From positions 76,818,001 to 76,882,000 of the forward strand of contig NC_043004.1 of NCBI RefSeq assembly GCF_006345805.1: a stretch of 64,000 nt of DNA, in the 5' to 3' direction. The notes below the pieces were generated by a model. The model was not told the origin of the DNA. It made no database searches and worked only from the letters and a program-made list of their open reading frames with translations. Source of the DNA: Octopus sinensis (Eukaryota). Both the position numbers and the translations under genes were made by a program. Shown here in pieces: positions 1 through 13,439 of this stretch (its first letter is position 1; each line of letters opens with the position of its first letter).

Positions 1-202
1 TTAATGTGATTTTTCTGTATATAACTGAAGTTTAATTTGACACAGTGAGCAAATATTGACTTTAAAGAGAGGTTGAATGTGTCTGTATGAAGGTATTTAG
101 CACATTAGTTGATGTATGAAAAGAAAATGAGTAAAAGAGAAAATAAGTGATGGTAATAGAAAAAATACTGAGTTGTGGTAGAGAGCTAGAGAATTAAATC
201 AT

Positions 203-370
203 GACAATGAAATGATGATGATGATGATGATGATGAAGATAGTGGTAAAAAAGTTGGATGGATGGATGGCTACACATACATATAGACAGACAGACAGACA
301 GATAGATAGATAGACAAACAGATACACAGCTAGACAGACAGGTAAACAGATAGACAGACAAACAGGTAAC
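203..370. repeat. Compound microsatellite (GAT)n/(GGAT)n/(GACA,GATA)n
   Basis: Directly visible tandem tri- and tetranucleotide runs. Confidence 0.9.
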
Positions 371-3300
371 ATTTTAAAAAGGATTTTCCTTTGAGTTACT
401 TATAAATGCATTTCGCTGACAGCTTTATAAAATTAACAAACCTAGCACATATCTTTTCTTTGTTTCTACCTAAAATGTATAACAAAGTTGATACATTTTA
501 AAGTGTGTAGAAAGAATGCAATTGTTTTCAAATATGTTAATTTGTTTGGGTCACTAAAATATGTTTATACCAGGTGTTCCAGTATGAAGCTTGACTGTAA
601 TTTTTTGTTGTTGGTATGCAATCTTAATATGTAGACACAAAAAAAACCCTTGTATATTGAGTAGAAGAGACAGTATGCATTATGCATAGCTATCTGAAAC
701 CAATCTGTATACGATAAAGATCTGTTATTAAATCACCATTATGCCTTAAATCACATTTTTGTGCTCATAAGAGCCTCAAAGTTAGTTAATATTCCATTTA
801 GTCTACATCAATACCTCCTGCGGAAATGTATATGTTCTATTATTTTATTTAAGCTTAATAATAATAACTTTTTCTCTTAGAGAATAAGCAACAACACGAT
901 ATAAGTTTTTGGATTTTACTATTTTTCATGAAATGGAGTCAGTTTCAATTCTCATTAGATTACAAATCAAATCATAATTGACTGAAGAAGTGTATGAATC
1001 AGAAGCATCTTAGATAAGATAAATCGTTGTTTTAAGTGTTTGGATAATACAATAAATGATTTCTATCAAATGTGCAAATAGATAAGCAAAAGAAAAAATA
1101 TGTATGCCATCATCATTATCACTTAATTGCATAATTAATTTAGAGAAGTAAGAAATTAATTATGATTGATGTATTTCTTACATGAGTAAATTTTACATAA
1201 TATTTTGTTGCTGTACTGTATTGATAAGTAAAATGCTGTATAGCACAATCATTTGAGCAATCAATATTTTCATATATGATAAACATATGAAAATAGAGTC
1301 CCTTTGGAAAATCTAAAAAGTTGAGGTAAAAATTTATGAAGAGTTTCTCTTAAGGCCAGTAAAATGGATTTTTGTTGTAGAAAAACAAGACAATTTTTAG
1401 ATAAAAATAATCATTGGGAGCTGACAGATTTCAACCAAAATTATAAAAATTGATAACTAATTACTCTGTTAATTATATTGATGTGTGAGAACAATATGAC
1501 ATGCATGCTAATGATTATGATATAACTTAGAGCTTAAGCAACATATTTAAACACACGCAGCTAGTCATGCCGAAGAAGATATTTATAACCATAACAACAT
1601 TCTGATAAAATATGTACTCTGCAATCTAAATACTCATCAATTGTTTTATGCTTTTCATTTGTCACATTAACAAAATTAAGTCCATTCATAAATTCAGTTG
1701 TTTACCTGTCACTTAAATTTTGACATATAATTGCTTTGAGAAGTTTAAGAATACAATACATTGTGATGTTTCTCGCCACAAAAAAAAAAGCTAAAGAAAT
1801 AAAGCAGATGTAAAACAAAAATGTATTTTACTTCTTTAAGTTTTCTCTGGAGATAAACCAAAATGAATTTTCTTTTGTTTTAAATATTAATGCCAACAAA
1901 ATAAATGGAAAATTTAAACACTTACAACAATTGAATTAATCTATGAGTTTTAATGAGGGTCCACATTAATGTTGGGTGAAAACATAAAAGCATTTACCTA
2001 CGAAATCATTGATTAAATGATTTTTGAAGTTTAAAAATACATTTCTATGAATAATTTATATTATAAAAGCAACTGATAAAACATTGTTTACTTTTACCTG
2101 ATAATTTCTCTGTTTTTTTTTACACAATAAGCAACATTTATACATAATTATAAATAGTATGAGATTGTTTAGTGCCTATTCTGACAACAATTACATATAT
2201 AGATAAAAATTCACATGAACACCTGTTTGAAAGTTTGGAGATAATGAAGTATTTGTAAAATATTTGGGAAGAGATAACAACGTGCCTTTGCATTTTGTAG
2301 AATAAAACACCTTTTGTCTTACCAACAATCAGTTAATCTTTACTTAAATGAAACTTACCCCGGCTTTTAAAGTTCCAGTAGGATGAAAAAATGCCCGGAA
2401 TAGGATAAATATTAAATACAATCATATAAGGTAAAGAAAGCTTGTTACGACTTAAAACCACTTGCTGTCACTGAGAATTATGTACACTAAATGGACTTCT
2501 GTGCTAGAATGTAGTGTTAGGCTGGTGACTCATTGCTATACAAGTTTTCAAGTTTTGACAGTGGCAGGTAGAACATACAAAAGTTTATAGTGGGCGGGGT
2601 AAGAGGTCATATAGTTGATAGCAGGCAAAAGGGGAAGTTTAAGAAAGTTGATTAGCAACAAGTAGCAAATAACAGGATAGCTTGATAAATGAATAAAAGT
2701 AGACAAAAATGATATTTTAGGATATACTATTAACAAAACAAAAAAAAAATCAATAAATTTGAAATACACAACTAACAAACAGAATAATGAAATGAAAAAT
2801 ACACATAGCATTAACTTATATCTTATTACTTTTAATTTGCAGAGCAGCTATCAATGAAACTGCAAATATATTACTGAACCCAACTAAACTATTTTATATG
2901 ACCAGGTTGCTTTGAATTTGAATCCCAGTAAAGCAAACTTACATTTCTAATAAAACACAGAGATAGATAAGTCTCTTTTGTAATTTGTTTTTTCTAGAAA
3001 ATGCTATTCAAGAATTGAAACCACACTGATTTACTTTTTTCATTTGCTTTATTTCATTTCATTAATTTTTGTCATTGATTTTTCAGCCAATAGTTTTCTG
3101 GGGTTTTTTTTCTTTTCTTTCAAAGTGTAAAAAGACTTACAGAAAAAGTGGAAAAATCTTAGAAAATATTAATTCAATAATTAAAAACAAGCTTAAATAC
3201 CAACAGAAACTTGCAACAGTGTTTGAATAGATCCAGAATAATAGACACTAATGAATACCATGAAAAGTTTGTAAACCATAATAATAGATTTATATATAAT

Positions 3301-3417
3301 ATAATTTTATACAAATCAGTGAATATGACTATCTGCTTAAGAAAATACATATCTGTGTAAGTAAATGAGTGTGTGTTCATGTGTCAATGCACATAATGAT
3401 ATATATATATGTATTTA

Positions 3418-3459
<42 letters not shown>

Positions 3460-3467
3460 ATATATAT

Positions 3468-3874
3468 ATCATCATCATCATCATCATCATTTAGCGTCCG
3501 TTTTCCATGCTAGCATGGGTTGGACGGTTCTACTGGGGTCTGTGAAGCCAGAAGGCTTCATCAGGCCCAGTCAAATCTGGCAGTGTTTCTACGGCTGGAT
3601 GCCCTTCCTAACGCCAACCACTCCGTGAGTGTAGTGGGTGCTTTTTACGTGCCACCTGCACTGGTGCCAGACAGAGCTGGCAAACGGCCACGAACGGATG
3701 GTGCTTTTTATGTGCCACCGGCACGAGGGCCAGGCGATGCTGGCAACGGACACGAAACGGGGCGGTGCTGGCAACGGTCGCGAAACGGAAAGTTCTCTTA
3801 CATGCCACCGGCACTGGTAACACATCTGCAATTTCCATTGATCGATTTCCATTGATCGATTTCGATTCTGATCC

Positions 3875-3875
<1 letters not shown>
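3468..3875 (-). mobile_element. RTE LINE 3' UTR fragment with (GAT)n tail, inside a (TA)n tract
   Basis: Near-identical reverse complement of 5478-5901, which follows an RTE ORF end. Confidence 0.85.
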
Positions 3876-3918
<43 letters not shown>

Positions 3919-4082
3919 TATATATACATACACACACATATATGTATGTGTGTGTGTGTGTATGTATAATGTATGATCAAGTTGTACTAATCAGCACCAT
4001 TAGCCGGTGGCTGACATAATGGAATAAGAGCTTTATTTGCATATTCAAATTGTTTCCCATAAACAAATTTAATAGATATATA

Positions 4083-4330
4083 TCATCATCATCATCATCG
4101 TTTTTAATGTCCTCTTTCCATGCTGGCATAGGTTGGACGGTTTGACTGAGGATTGGCAAGCTAGAAGGCTGTACCAGGCTCCAATCTAATTTGACAAGGT
4201 TTCAACAGCTGGATATCCTTCCTAACGCCAACCACTCCGAGAGTGTAGTGGGTGCTTTTTATGTGCCACCAGCATGGGAGCCAGTCAGGCAGCATTAGTA
4301 ATGGCTATGCTCGAACATTGCCAGTGCCGC
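4083..4330 (-). mobile_element. RTE-type 3' tail fragment (older subfamily)
   Basis: Same terminal motifs (GGTTGGCGTTAGGAAGG...CATGGAAA...(GAT)n) on the minus strand. Confidence 0.75.
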
Positions 4331-4555
4331 CTTATACTTGTTTCAGTCATTTGACTGCAGCCATGCTGAAGCACCGCCTTTAGTTGAACAAATCAACCCC
4401 AGGACTTATTCTTTGTAAGCCTAGTACTTATTCTATTGGTCTCTACTGCCAAACTGCTAAGTTAAAGGGATGTAAACACACCAACATTGATTGTCAAACA
4501 ATGGTGGGGGGACAAACACACAAATACATCCATACATACAAACACACATATATAC

Positions 4556-4585
<30 letters not shown>

Positions 4586-4587
<2 letters not shown>

Positions 4588-4660
4588 TTATTTTATAGAA
4601 GGAGCTTCTACAGGACTAGAACAGTTCTAGTCCTGTAGAAGCTCCTTTTATAAAATAAAT
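4586..4660. repeat. Near-perfect palindrome, 37-bp arms, 1-nt spacer
   Basis: 4586-4622 is the reverse complement of 4624-4660 with one mismatch. Confidence 0.95.
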
Positions 4661-4734
4661 TAATTTACTCTGCTATGTATTGAGTACCTTATTTACTGTG
4701 GTTAACCCCGACTCAACCCAGGACCTACATATAT

Positions 4735-4780
<46 letters not shown>

Positions 4781-4906
4781 GGTGAATGAATTATCCTATG
4801 TTTATCATCAGCATGGAAAATTCGTTTAACCGAAACCTGGGTAGCAAATTCATGTCAGGAAACACGGTTGAAGCGACCATATATATATATACATATACAC
4901 ACATAT

Positions 4907-4958
<52 letters not shown>

Positions 4959-4959
4959 G

Positions 4960-5901
4960 TAATGCCAGTACTCACACTCGGCAGAGTGTAAGTACCTTGA
5001 GAGAAAAGCTGGACCTAAGAAGCATCAGTTGTGGTGTGCAAGAGAGACGTTTGCGCTGGTATGGTCATGTGGCGAGAATGGATGAAGATAGTTGTGTGAA
5101 AAAGTGCCACACCCTAGCGGTTGAGGGAACCTGTGGAAGAGGCAGACCCAGGAAAACCTGGGACGAGGTGGTGAAGCGCGACCTTCGAACTTTAGGTCTC
5201 ACTGAGGAAATGACTAGAGACCGAGACCTCTGGAAGTGTGCTGTGCGCGAGAAGACCCGGCAGGACAAGTGAGTCCATAACCCGTGGCCTTCTACATGGG
5301 ATGGAGCCAGCCTACGTATGCATACCTTCCCTTCTTGGGACACAAAACTCTACTTGTGAAGACGTGATGAGGCAAGTGAGGATCAGAATCGAAATCGATC
5401 AATGGAAATTGCGGATGTGTTACCAGTGCCGGTGGCATGTCAAAACTCTGCTTGTGAAGACCCGTTGAGGCAAGTGACGATCAGAATCGAAATCGATCAA
5501 TGGAAATCGATCAATGGAAATCGATCAATGGAAATTGCAGATGTGTTACCAGTGCCGGTGGCATGTAAGAGAACTTTCCGTTTCGCGACCGTTGCCAGCA
5601 CCGCCCCGTTTCGTGTCCGTTGCCAGCCTTGCCTGGCCCTCGTGCCGGTGGCACATAAAAAGCACCATCCGTTCGCGGCGTTTGCCAGCTTTGTCTGGCA
5701 CCAGTGCGGGTGGCACGTAAAAAGCACCCACTACACTCACGGAGTGGTTGGCGTTAGGAAGGGCATCCAGCCGTAGAAACACTGCCAGATTTGACTGGGC
5801 CTGATGAAGCCTTCTGGCTTCACAGACCCCAGTAGAACCGTCCAACCCATGCTAGCATGGAAAACGGACGCTAAACGATGATGATGATGATGATGATGAT
5901 A
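4960..5901 (+). mobile_element. 5'-truncated RTE-clade LINE (ORF C-terminus, 3' UTR, (GAT)n tail)
   Basis: Translation ERRLRWYGHVARM...GRGRPRKTW...DRDLW matches the typical RTE ORF C-terminus; stop at 5272. Confidence 0.9.
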
Positions 5902-7079
5902 TGATGGCCTTCTTTTAATTTCCGTCTACCAAATCTACTCACAAGGCTTTGGTCAGCCCAAGGCTATAGTAGAAGACACTTGCCTAAGATGCCATGCAGT
6001 GGGACTAAACTCAGGACTATGTGGTTGGGAAGCAAGCTTCTTACCACACACCCACTCCTGCATGTATATATATATAATATATATATATATTAAAGTTCTT
6101 AATCAACTATGATGAGAAATATTGGGACTATGTATTTCTCTACTCCAGATGATATCAAGTAATATCATACAGATACAATAATTATATTTTTACTGATTTC
6201 AAGTTTCATGGCAAATTAATACTAATGAAATAAATACTAATTTTCAAAATAAATACTTTAAATAAAAATATAATTATAACAAATATCTTACTGGTGTAAT
6301 TTCAATAATCATATACCATAAATAGCAATAACACCGTTTAACTATTAAACAATTATAGATATAAGATTATCTTACACTTCATGGGAAATAAATCCAATAC
6401 AATCAGTTATCTCCCTTTGTGGGATAAACAAACAGAGACAGCTGGGCGACACTGCTAATAACATTAATAATAGCATAAACATATTAACACACACGCATAT
6501 ACATATGTGCATACATGGTTGATTACATTGATCTCAACATTCTATCTATCTGCCTATGTAATGTTCTGTAAATCAACGCAGTCATCTCTCTCCTGCTCTC
6601 TTTTTCCCTCTATCTGTATGTAAGCATGTGTGTGTATGTTAGAACATTGGTTATAACACACTTTACAATATGTCTGTACTCTGATTTCAATTCATGCTGT
6701 GTTCATATGGGGATTTGGGATACTAATATAATGACAGTTTAAAAAATATTTAATGATAATTCACTGCCTAAAATATATTCATCACTAAATTTATTTTTAA
6801 AAATTCAAGAAAAATTTTAAGGGTTTGGAATTATTTTTAATGTTTTATTTCAAATTAATTTTTTATTAACTGTTTTATTTTTTATTTTTATTATTTGTTT
6901 CAGTCATTTGACTGCAGCCATGCTGGAGCACTGCTTTTAACTGAACAAATTGAACCCAGGACATTCTTTGTAAGCTTAGTACTTATTCTATCAGTCTCTA
7001 TTGCTGAACCACTAAGTTACAGGGAAATAAACACACCAACATTGGTTGTCAAGAAATGGTGTAGGGACAAACACAGACA

Positions 7080-7575
7080 CATCATCATCTTCATCATTGT
7101 TCGACCGTGGTCGAGACAATGGAATTTACCATGCTACGCCAGACTTCACGGTCCATCATGGCATTACGGAGGTCCTGTTGCTGGATGCCTGTATCCCTGG
7201 AGATTACATCAGGGTAGGAGAGTGTGCACCCTCTGGTATTGCGAGTAGATGGCTTCCAGAGGAGAAGAGTAGAAATTACTTCTTTTTCAGCTCTACAACA
7301 ATGTCCAGCAAACTGGACTCTCCTACCTTTCACAAGAGATGACACAGGTGGTAGTTTCCCATATATTTGCATTTTGGTTGGATGGCGCTTCCACGAGAGA
7401 TTTTGAGCTCTCATAAGGAGGTGAGTGTAGGTTCCATCCAACCGCCTCTCAAGCTTCTTTGATAACGTCCAGGTTTCTGAGCCATATAGTAGAATTGGTT
7501 CGACTGTGGCTTTGAAGATTTCAAGTTTGAAGTCTCTACTTAGATTTGATGACCAGATCTTATGCATGTCATTAC
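7080..7575 (-). mobile_element. RTE-clade LINE fragment, second family (ORF C-terminus, short (GAT)n tail)
   Basis: ILLYGSETWTL...RRVQFAGHC...DREVWR motifs in ORF 7094-7858(-). Confidence 0.85.
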
Positions 7576-7616
7576 AGACACTCAAACATATACATACATA
7601 CATACATACATATATA

Positions 7617-8025
7617 TGGACACATTGAAACTCCGACGTCTGGCAGCTGACCTGGCAGACACCCATAAAATTATCAACCATCGCACAAACAATAACACTG
7701 AGCACCTCTTCAAACTCCACCCATCTAACACCCGTGGACATATTTACAAAGTAAGAAAACAGCACAGCTCCCATGACTTCAGGAAACATTTTTTCACGCT
7801 GAGAGTTGCTGAAGCGTGGAACAAACTGCCGGAGCACTGCATCCTTCAAGACTTCCATGCTTCCTGAGATTCACCAACACTACACTTGATTTTCTCCCCT
7901 CCATACACATACAAGCATGTTCACTTTTCAGACATTTCTACATTACTGCATGTACTTTATATGCACTTTCTGACAAGTTGTGGTGCACCTGAGCACTGTA
8001 TACAATAATTTCATTATTATTATTA
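7617..8025 (+). mobile_element. CR1-clade LINE 3' fragment
   Basis: TLKLRRLAADL...TRGH..K...RKHFFTLRVAEAWNKLP is the canonical CR1 ORF2 end; (TAT)n tail. Confidence 0.85.
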
Positions 8026-8235
8026 TATATATATATATACATATGACAGGCTCCTTTCAATTTCTGTCCACTCACAAGGCTTTGGTCAGCTCAAGGCTGT
8101 ATTAAAAGACACTTGCCCAAGGTGCCATGCAGTGGAACTGAACCCGGAACCATGTGGCTGGTAAGCAAGTTACTTACCACACAGCCACTCCAATAAAATT
8201 TTTTTATTGTTTAAATATTAATTATTTGTAAAAGA

Positions 8236-8445
8236 CAGTTGGCAGAATTGCTGATACACTGGACAAAATGCATAGTGGTATTTCATCCATCTCTATGTTC
8301 TAGGTTCAAATTCCATCAAGTTCAACTTTTCTTTTCATTCTTTCAGGGTCGACAAAATAAGTACCAGTTAAAGTTGGGATCAATGTAATCGAGTTAAACT
8401 CCTCCCCTGAAAATGTTGGTCTTGTGCCAAAATTTGAAACCACTA
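8236..8445 (+). mobile_element. SINE family C, decayed copy
   Basis: Matches 59965-60170; GTTCAAATTCC B-box-like motif, GTCGACAAAATAAGTACCAG core. Confidence 0.75.
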
Positions 8446-8467
8446 TTAATTCCTTGAAAGATACTCT

Positions 8468-8653
8468 CTCTTTACTCTTTTACTTGTTTCAGTCATGTGA
8501 TTGTGGCCATGCTGGAGCACCACCTTTAGTCGAGCAAATCGACCCCAGGACTTATTCTATCAGTCTCTTTTGCCGAACCTCTAAGTTATAGGGACATAAA
8601 CACACCAGCATCAGTTGTCAAGTGATGGTGGGGGGACAAACACAGACACACAT

Positions 8654-8688
<35 letters not shown>

Positions 8689-8855
8689 CGACGGTCTTCT
8701 TTCAGAATCCGTCTACGAAATCCACTCACATGGCTTTGGTCGGCCCAAGGCTATAGTAGAAGACACTTGCCCAAGGTGCCACGCAGTGGGACTGAACCCA
8801 GAACTATGTGGTTCATAAGCAAGCTACTTACCACACAGCCACTCCTACACCTATG
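8468..8855 (-). mobile_element. SINE family A, near full length
   Basis: Reverse complement of 17720-18150 including the internal (CA)/(TA) tract. Confidence 0.85.
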
Positions 8856-9544
8856 CAAAAAATTAAAAAAGAGCCAAAAGTAGATTAAAACTAATTTACT
8901 GTCCATAGCAAAAATCCGTTAAAATGTGATGTTTACAGAAGTGAGATATAGATTCCACGTATTCTTGATCTGTACTTAAGTGCAGGATCATTGATAGTAA
9001 GATATTTGAAGAAATCAAAAGGATTATGGGTTTATATGCTTAAACAAACATTTTAGTTCAAGAAATATTTGCCAAATCTACACAATCCAAGTCTGGGTAG
9101 TACAAATCTCTACAAACCAACACCAAAGGATTATGTGGACATACTTCCTGTGTATAAAAGGCATGGAAAGAACTCAATACTGCAGAAACAAAAAAGTTAG
9201 TTTGTGCATAATGACATATTCTACAGTGTTGATATAATGAATAATGATGCAACCGAGATCTGAAAACTATGATGACTATTAACTTGAATTGGTGTATAAA
9301 TACTGTTATTTATGTTGTATAATGAATGTAGAAAGCTTGTTGAATTGTAACATAGTTCCTGATTGGATACTGATCAAAGATATTCTTCTTTTGTCATAAA
9401 GAAAGGATTAAGTCCCAAACAAATGCTGTACAATGCATGTTTCAGGTGGCCATGACTATGCTGTATCAATAAGTTAACTGTAAAGCCATGAAACCAACAG
9501 TGTTTGAGAGGAAGTGAGGTTGATATGAATAGTCAATTTAAAAG

Positions 9545-9760
9545 CTAGCAAGTCATCAGAATCATTGCCATGCCAGGAAAAATGCTTAGTGGCATTTCAT
9601 CCTTCTTTACGTTATGAGTTCAAATTCCACCAAGGTCCATTTTGTCTTTCACCCTTTCAGGACCAATAAAATAAGTACCAGTTGAGCCTTGGGGAGTCAA
9701 TGTAATCAACTTACACCCTTCCACAAATTTGCTGGCATGTGCCAAAATTTGAAACCAATA
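9545..9760 (+). mobile_element. SINE family C
   Basis: Collinear with 59965-60170. Confidence 0.8.
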
Positions 9761-10044
9761 TGGATGGTCAATTTTTAAGTATGATTGTTTTGAAGTGTCA
9801 AGTAAGAAATAGTTTGCCCGTAGCTTGTAGTCATTCTCCACAAATAAAATAATTGATGTCTTGTGGTTTGTTCTGGTTTTTATACAAGGCTGAAAATATG
9901 AACTTGAAAGTAATGTAGGTATTTAGAAAAATGATTTGACAACATTGGGATAAAGACATGTTGAAGCTTACTTGAAATAAAGTGAGAAATAAAAAGAATT
10001 GTTAATACAATAAGAGACAGACATTTCCGAAACAGACCTGGAGT

Positions 10045-10195
10045 AAAGAGGGCATGTCATTGATGAGGTTGTGAATGATGACAAAAGGGCTTTGACAAAC
10101 TTAGCTAAATGATTGATTGACTAAATGGTTCATCAAACAATCGATCAGTTAATTGGTTAAATGATTAACTGACTAACATTAATAGAAAAAAGTGA
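10045..10195. repeat. Old unclassified interspersed repeat (inverted copy at ~35470-35612)
   Basis: Shared degenerate blocks, e.g. ATCAAACAATC..AGTTAATTGGT..TGATTAAC. Confidence 0.5.
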
Positions 10196-12509
10196 AACAG
10201 AACCAGTGAGTGTGTTTATTATTGGCATAATGACCCTCCCAAGATAGAATAAAATTTGTTTCAATACATAAGTTCACATCAAGAATCTTACAAACCAAAT
10301 ACAAAAAGAAAATGTTTATGCAATAGTTTAGCAATTAAAGTCCCACAATTGTAAAACTACTTTGCAAAAAAAGGTTAAAAACTCTACAAAAAAAAATAAT
10401 AATAATAAAACTGAGACTTTTAAAGAATGCCTTTAGCCTCTTTATTTCAGTGTCCCAGACAAATCATCTGAAAAATGTATAGTCTGGCTAAAACAGCCTC
10501 TACTAGCTTACTGATCCAATAATTAGTAATCTAAATGTAACTTAAATAAAACAAGATAGTTGAACACCATGATAAACAGGACATACTATACAAAACACAT
10601 AAAACAGCCAGATTCTTATGTTCTAACTACATTTTCAAATTAAAAAAGAGAGAAAAGAATAACATTTTATGAAAGGGCTAACATGGACAGATTTTAGATT
10701 GTTGGCTTTTGTTAAGAGACTTCTCACACAATTTTGTAAATTTTGCATATTTTATTATATTTCAGATATAGAAAAGATATAATGGCATGCATATGTGATC
10801 AGATTTAGGAAGAGAACTAAATGAAAACCTTTTGTAAGCTGATTGTGGTTGGTTGTAATAGACCAGAAGTAAAACAAGCAAACCTTGGGATCAGATAAAA
10901 GAAAAGAAAAAACAGCTGGAAAGAAACAATTTGACAGAATAATCTGACTGTGTCATGAAACAATAGCTATAGAAATATGGATGACGAGAAATGAAGCTTC
11001 CATCCAAATTAATACTATTTAGCTTGTGAATAATATAACGATATTATTCGGAATATAAGTGCAGATTGTTTAAAATTTTAAAGAAATTTTAGATGATTAA
11101 ATTTGGGGAAAAATAGTCAATCATGCATGGTCTGATTCTACATGCTCAACAAATGCTATGTTACAAACTGATAACAGCTTAGAGCTTTATACAAAAATAA
11201 ATAAATAATTTCTGATTTAATTATAAAATGAAAAAATATACATAAAAAAACACTAGAAAATTAGTAAATAGCAGTATAAAAAATAAATGATTGCTAAAAT
11301 AGAATGCAGCATTTTAATGCCATGGGGAAAATTTATTTGCAAAATTTTTATTTGAAGTATTCATTTTTAATATATCATAACAGGAAATTAAGAGATGAAA
11401 CAACATTATTTTTTTAATCCACACAATAACATATTAAGAGTGACAATATTATCTGTCATTATTTAACTAGTGAAAAATGATACAGCAATAATGTAAATCT
11501 ACTTTAAGCTACTAAATATAAACAGCTACAAATTCAGTTAGTATTTCCATTTTATACAACAAAGTAAGACAGTAAGTAAGGTTTAGATTCCACAAAAGGA
11601 CACAAGCTCACTCTCAAATACAATAAATTATTTCTTGTATTTTAGTGCGTAGACATAGTCCACTTAGAGAATGCAAAGGAGCAAATATATTGATTAATGT
11701 GAGAATTTTTCCTTAAAACATTTTCAATAGGAGACTAATGAAAAAAATAAATAAAAACATGTAATCAATAATACTTTCTGGAGTAAGCCACAAATGGTGA
11801 TGGCATTAAGTGCACAAAATACCTTTCAGTTTATCACAGGGTTTGTAAAAGTCTTTAAATATATATATAATATTGTACCAAAGTTTTAGACTGACAGTTA
11901 GACACATTACCATGAATGTGAATTTGATTTTTAGTATTTAAGATTAAGAAGATATACATACTGTTACTTAGTATGTTAAATGGGGGTTTATTGAAGCAAA
12001 AGTATTGAGTTTTCAGGAAAGCAATTTATCTTTATGAGACAATTAACTCAGATACACTTTTTTAAAGATGGCATTTTGGCAGTGACATGTGCTTTTGTGT
12101 ATAGCAATTATTTAATGGCTATTTTTCATTTATTGAGTGTATAAAAGATGGTTAAGGGAATAAAACCCTACAGGAATATCAGGGACCCTAAGGCAAATAT
12201 GCATGGGTATACTTAACCAATATCTGGCACCCTATGCTGTTCCATGGACACTGCAAACACATTGACTTGTCTTTCCTATCATGGTGTATTCATGAGTGGA
12301 GAGGTGGTATATGTACTGGTTACTTGCTTCTGGAACCGGCCCAGATACAGCAAAGCTAGTTACTGGCTCTGCAATACTGCCAAACACAATGAAAAAGCCA
12401 ACCATTTTTACATGGGGGTAATGAGGCAAATGGCAAAAGACATCAAGGTGAGGGAGAAAAATGATAGAGGAAAGTTTTAAAATAGCTCACAGAGAGGATC
12501 CTTCATTCA

Positions 12510-12920
12510 TATTTTGGCTGTTGTTTAGCTCTATATCAGCACTAATTAAGTAGCTCTATGATAAAAGCTTTCCAGTCATGACCATTTGTCTTTCTTTTAC
12601 ATCAGAGACTACACTTCTTAATGCTTCCTTCTCTTTTGAAGACAGCTGTGTGTGATTTGATTGAGTTCTAGCTGTTATTTTTTTAACAGATCAATCAACT
12701 GTAGGTTGTTGTTAGCACTGTTCAAAAATAGACATAACATTGTCCAATGTTATCATCTTTTTTTTAAAAAAGCCATAGATTGTGATTAGATGGTGATTTG
12801 GCTGCTATTTGTAGCATTTTGAGTAATCATACAGAGGATCCATCATTGAATTGGGTAAACCAGGTCGTCTCTGATTAAACATATTCATGATAAAAAGCAT
12901 TCTATCCATGACCATCACAA
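12510..12920 (+). repeat. Unclassified interspersed repeat in degenerate tandem (relatives at ~42100-42250, 49800-50240, 53612-53770, 58620-58740)
   Basis: Recurring motifs TTCCAG.CATGACCAT and GATTTGGCTGCTATTT. Confidence 0.5.
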
Positions 12921-12939
12921 CCCTTTCCCAAGCATAGAA

Positions 12940-13436
12940 TACAGAATGCTGAGTCCAGTAAAATCAAAATCAAAATCAAAATCTAAAATCAAATCACTGT
13001 CAAATGGAAATTGTAGTTGTGGCCAATGCCAGTGCCACCTGACTGGCTCTTGTGCTGGTGGTATGCAATAAGCACCATTCATGCATGGGTCATTGCCAGT
13101 GCTGCCTGACCAGCTCCCCATGCTGGTTGTACATAAAAATCACTATCCAAACATTGTCGATGCCAGCCCCTCTCCTGTGCTGGTAGCATGTAAAAAGCAC
13201 CATCTGAACATGGCCGATGCCAGTGCAGCTTGACTGGATCCCATGCTGGTGGCACGTAAAAAGCGCCCACTACACTCTCGAAGTGGTTGGCGTTAAGAAG
13301 GGTATCCAGCTGTAGAAACCTTGTCGGATCAGATTGGAGCCTGGTAAAGCCTCCTGGCTTGCCAGTCCCCAGTCAAACCGTCCAATCCATGCCAGCATGG
13401 AAAACGGATGTTAAACGATGACAATGATGATGATGA
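12940..13436 (+). mobile_element. RTE-type 3' UTR element with about 4 internal tandem units
   Basis: Homologous to 5480-5901; (GAT)n tail. Confidence 0.8.
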
Positions 13437-13439
13437 AAA

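Larger units (their letters stand above)
4335..6062 (-). mobile_element. tRNA-derived SINE family A, split by nested insertions (3' part 4335-4520, head 5905-6062)
   Basis: Both halves match the full-length copy at 17720-18150 in the same orientation; insertions lie in its internal microsatellite. Confidence 0.7.
6895..8192 (-). mobile_element. SINE family A split by two LINE fragments (3' part 6895-7080, head 8043-8192)
   Basis: Halves match 17720-18150; LINE pieces sit at the internal microsatellite. Confidence 0.75.

Noticed and set aside
5795-5830. Hammerhead ribozyme (CTGATGA followed by hairpin AGCC-TTCT-GGCT)
   Set aside because: The required GAAA after stem II is missing, and CTGATGA is not conserved in older copies
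7094-7858. 254-aa single CDS
   Set aside because: Chimera of antisense CR1 sequence, a microsatellite and an RTE C-terminus
9060-9430. Tc1/mariner remnants (also ~42580-42640)
   Set aside because: Traces are too degraded to support without an alignment
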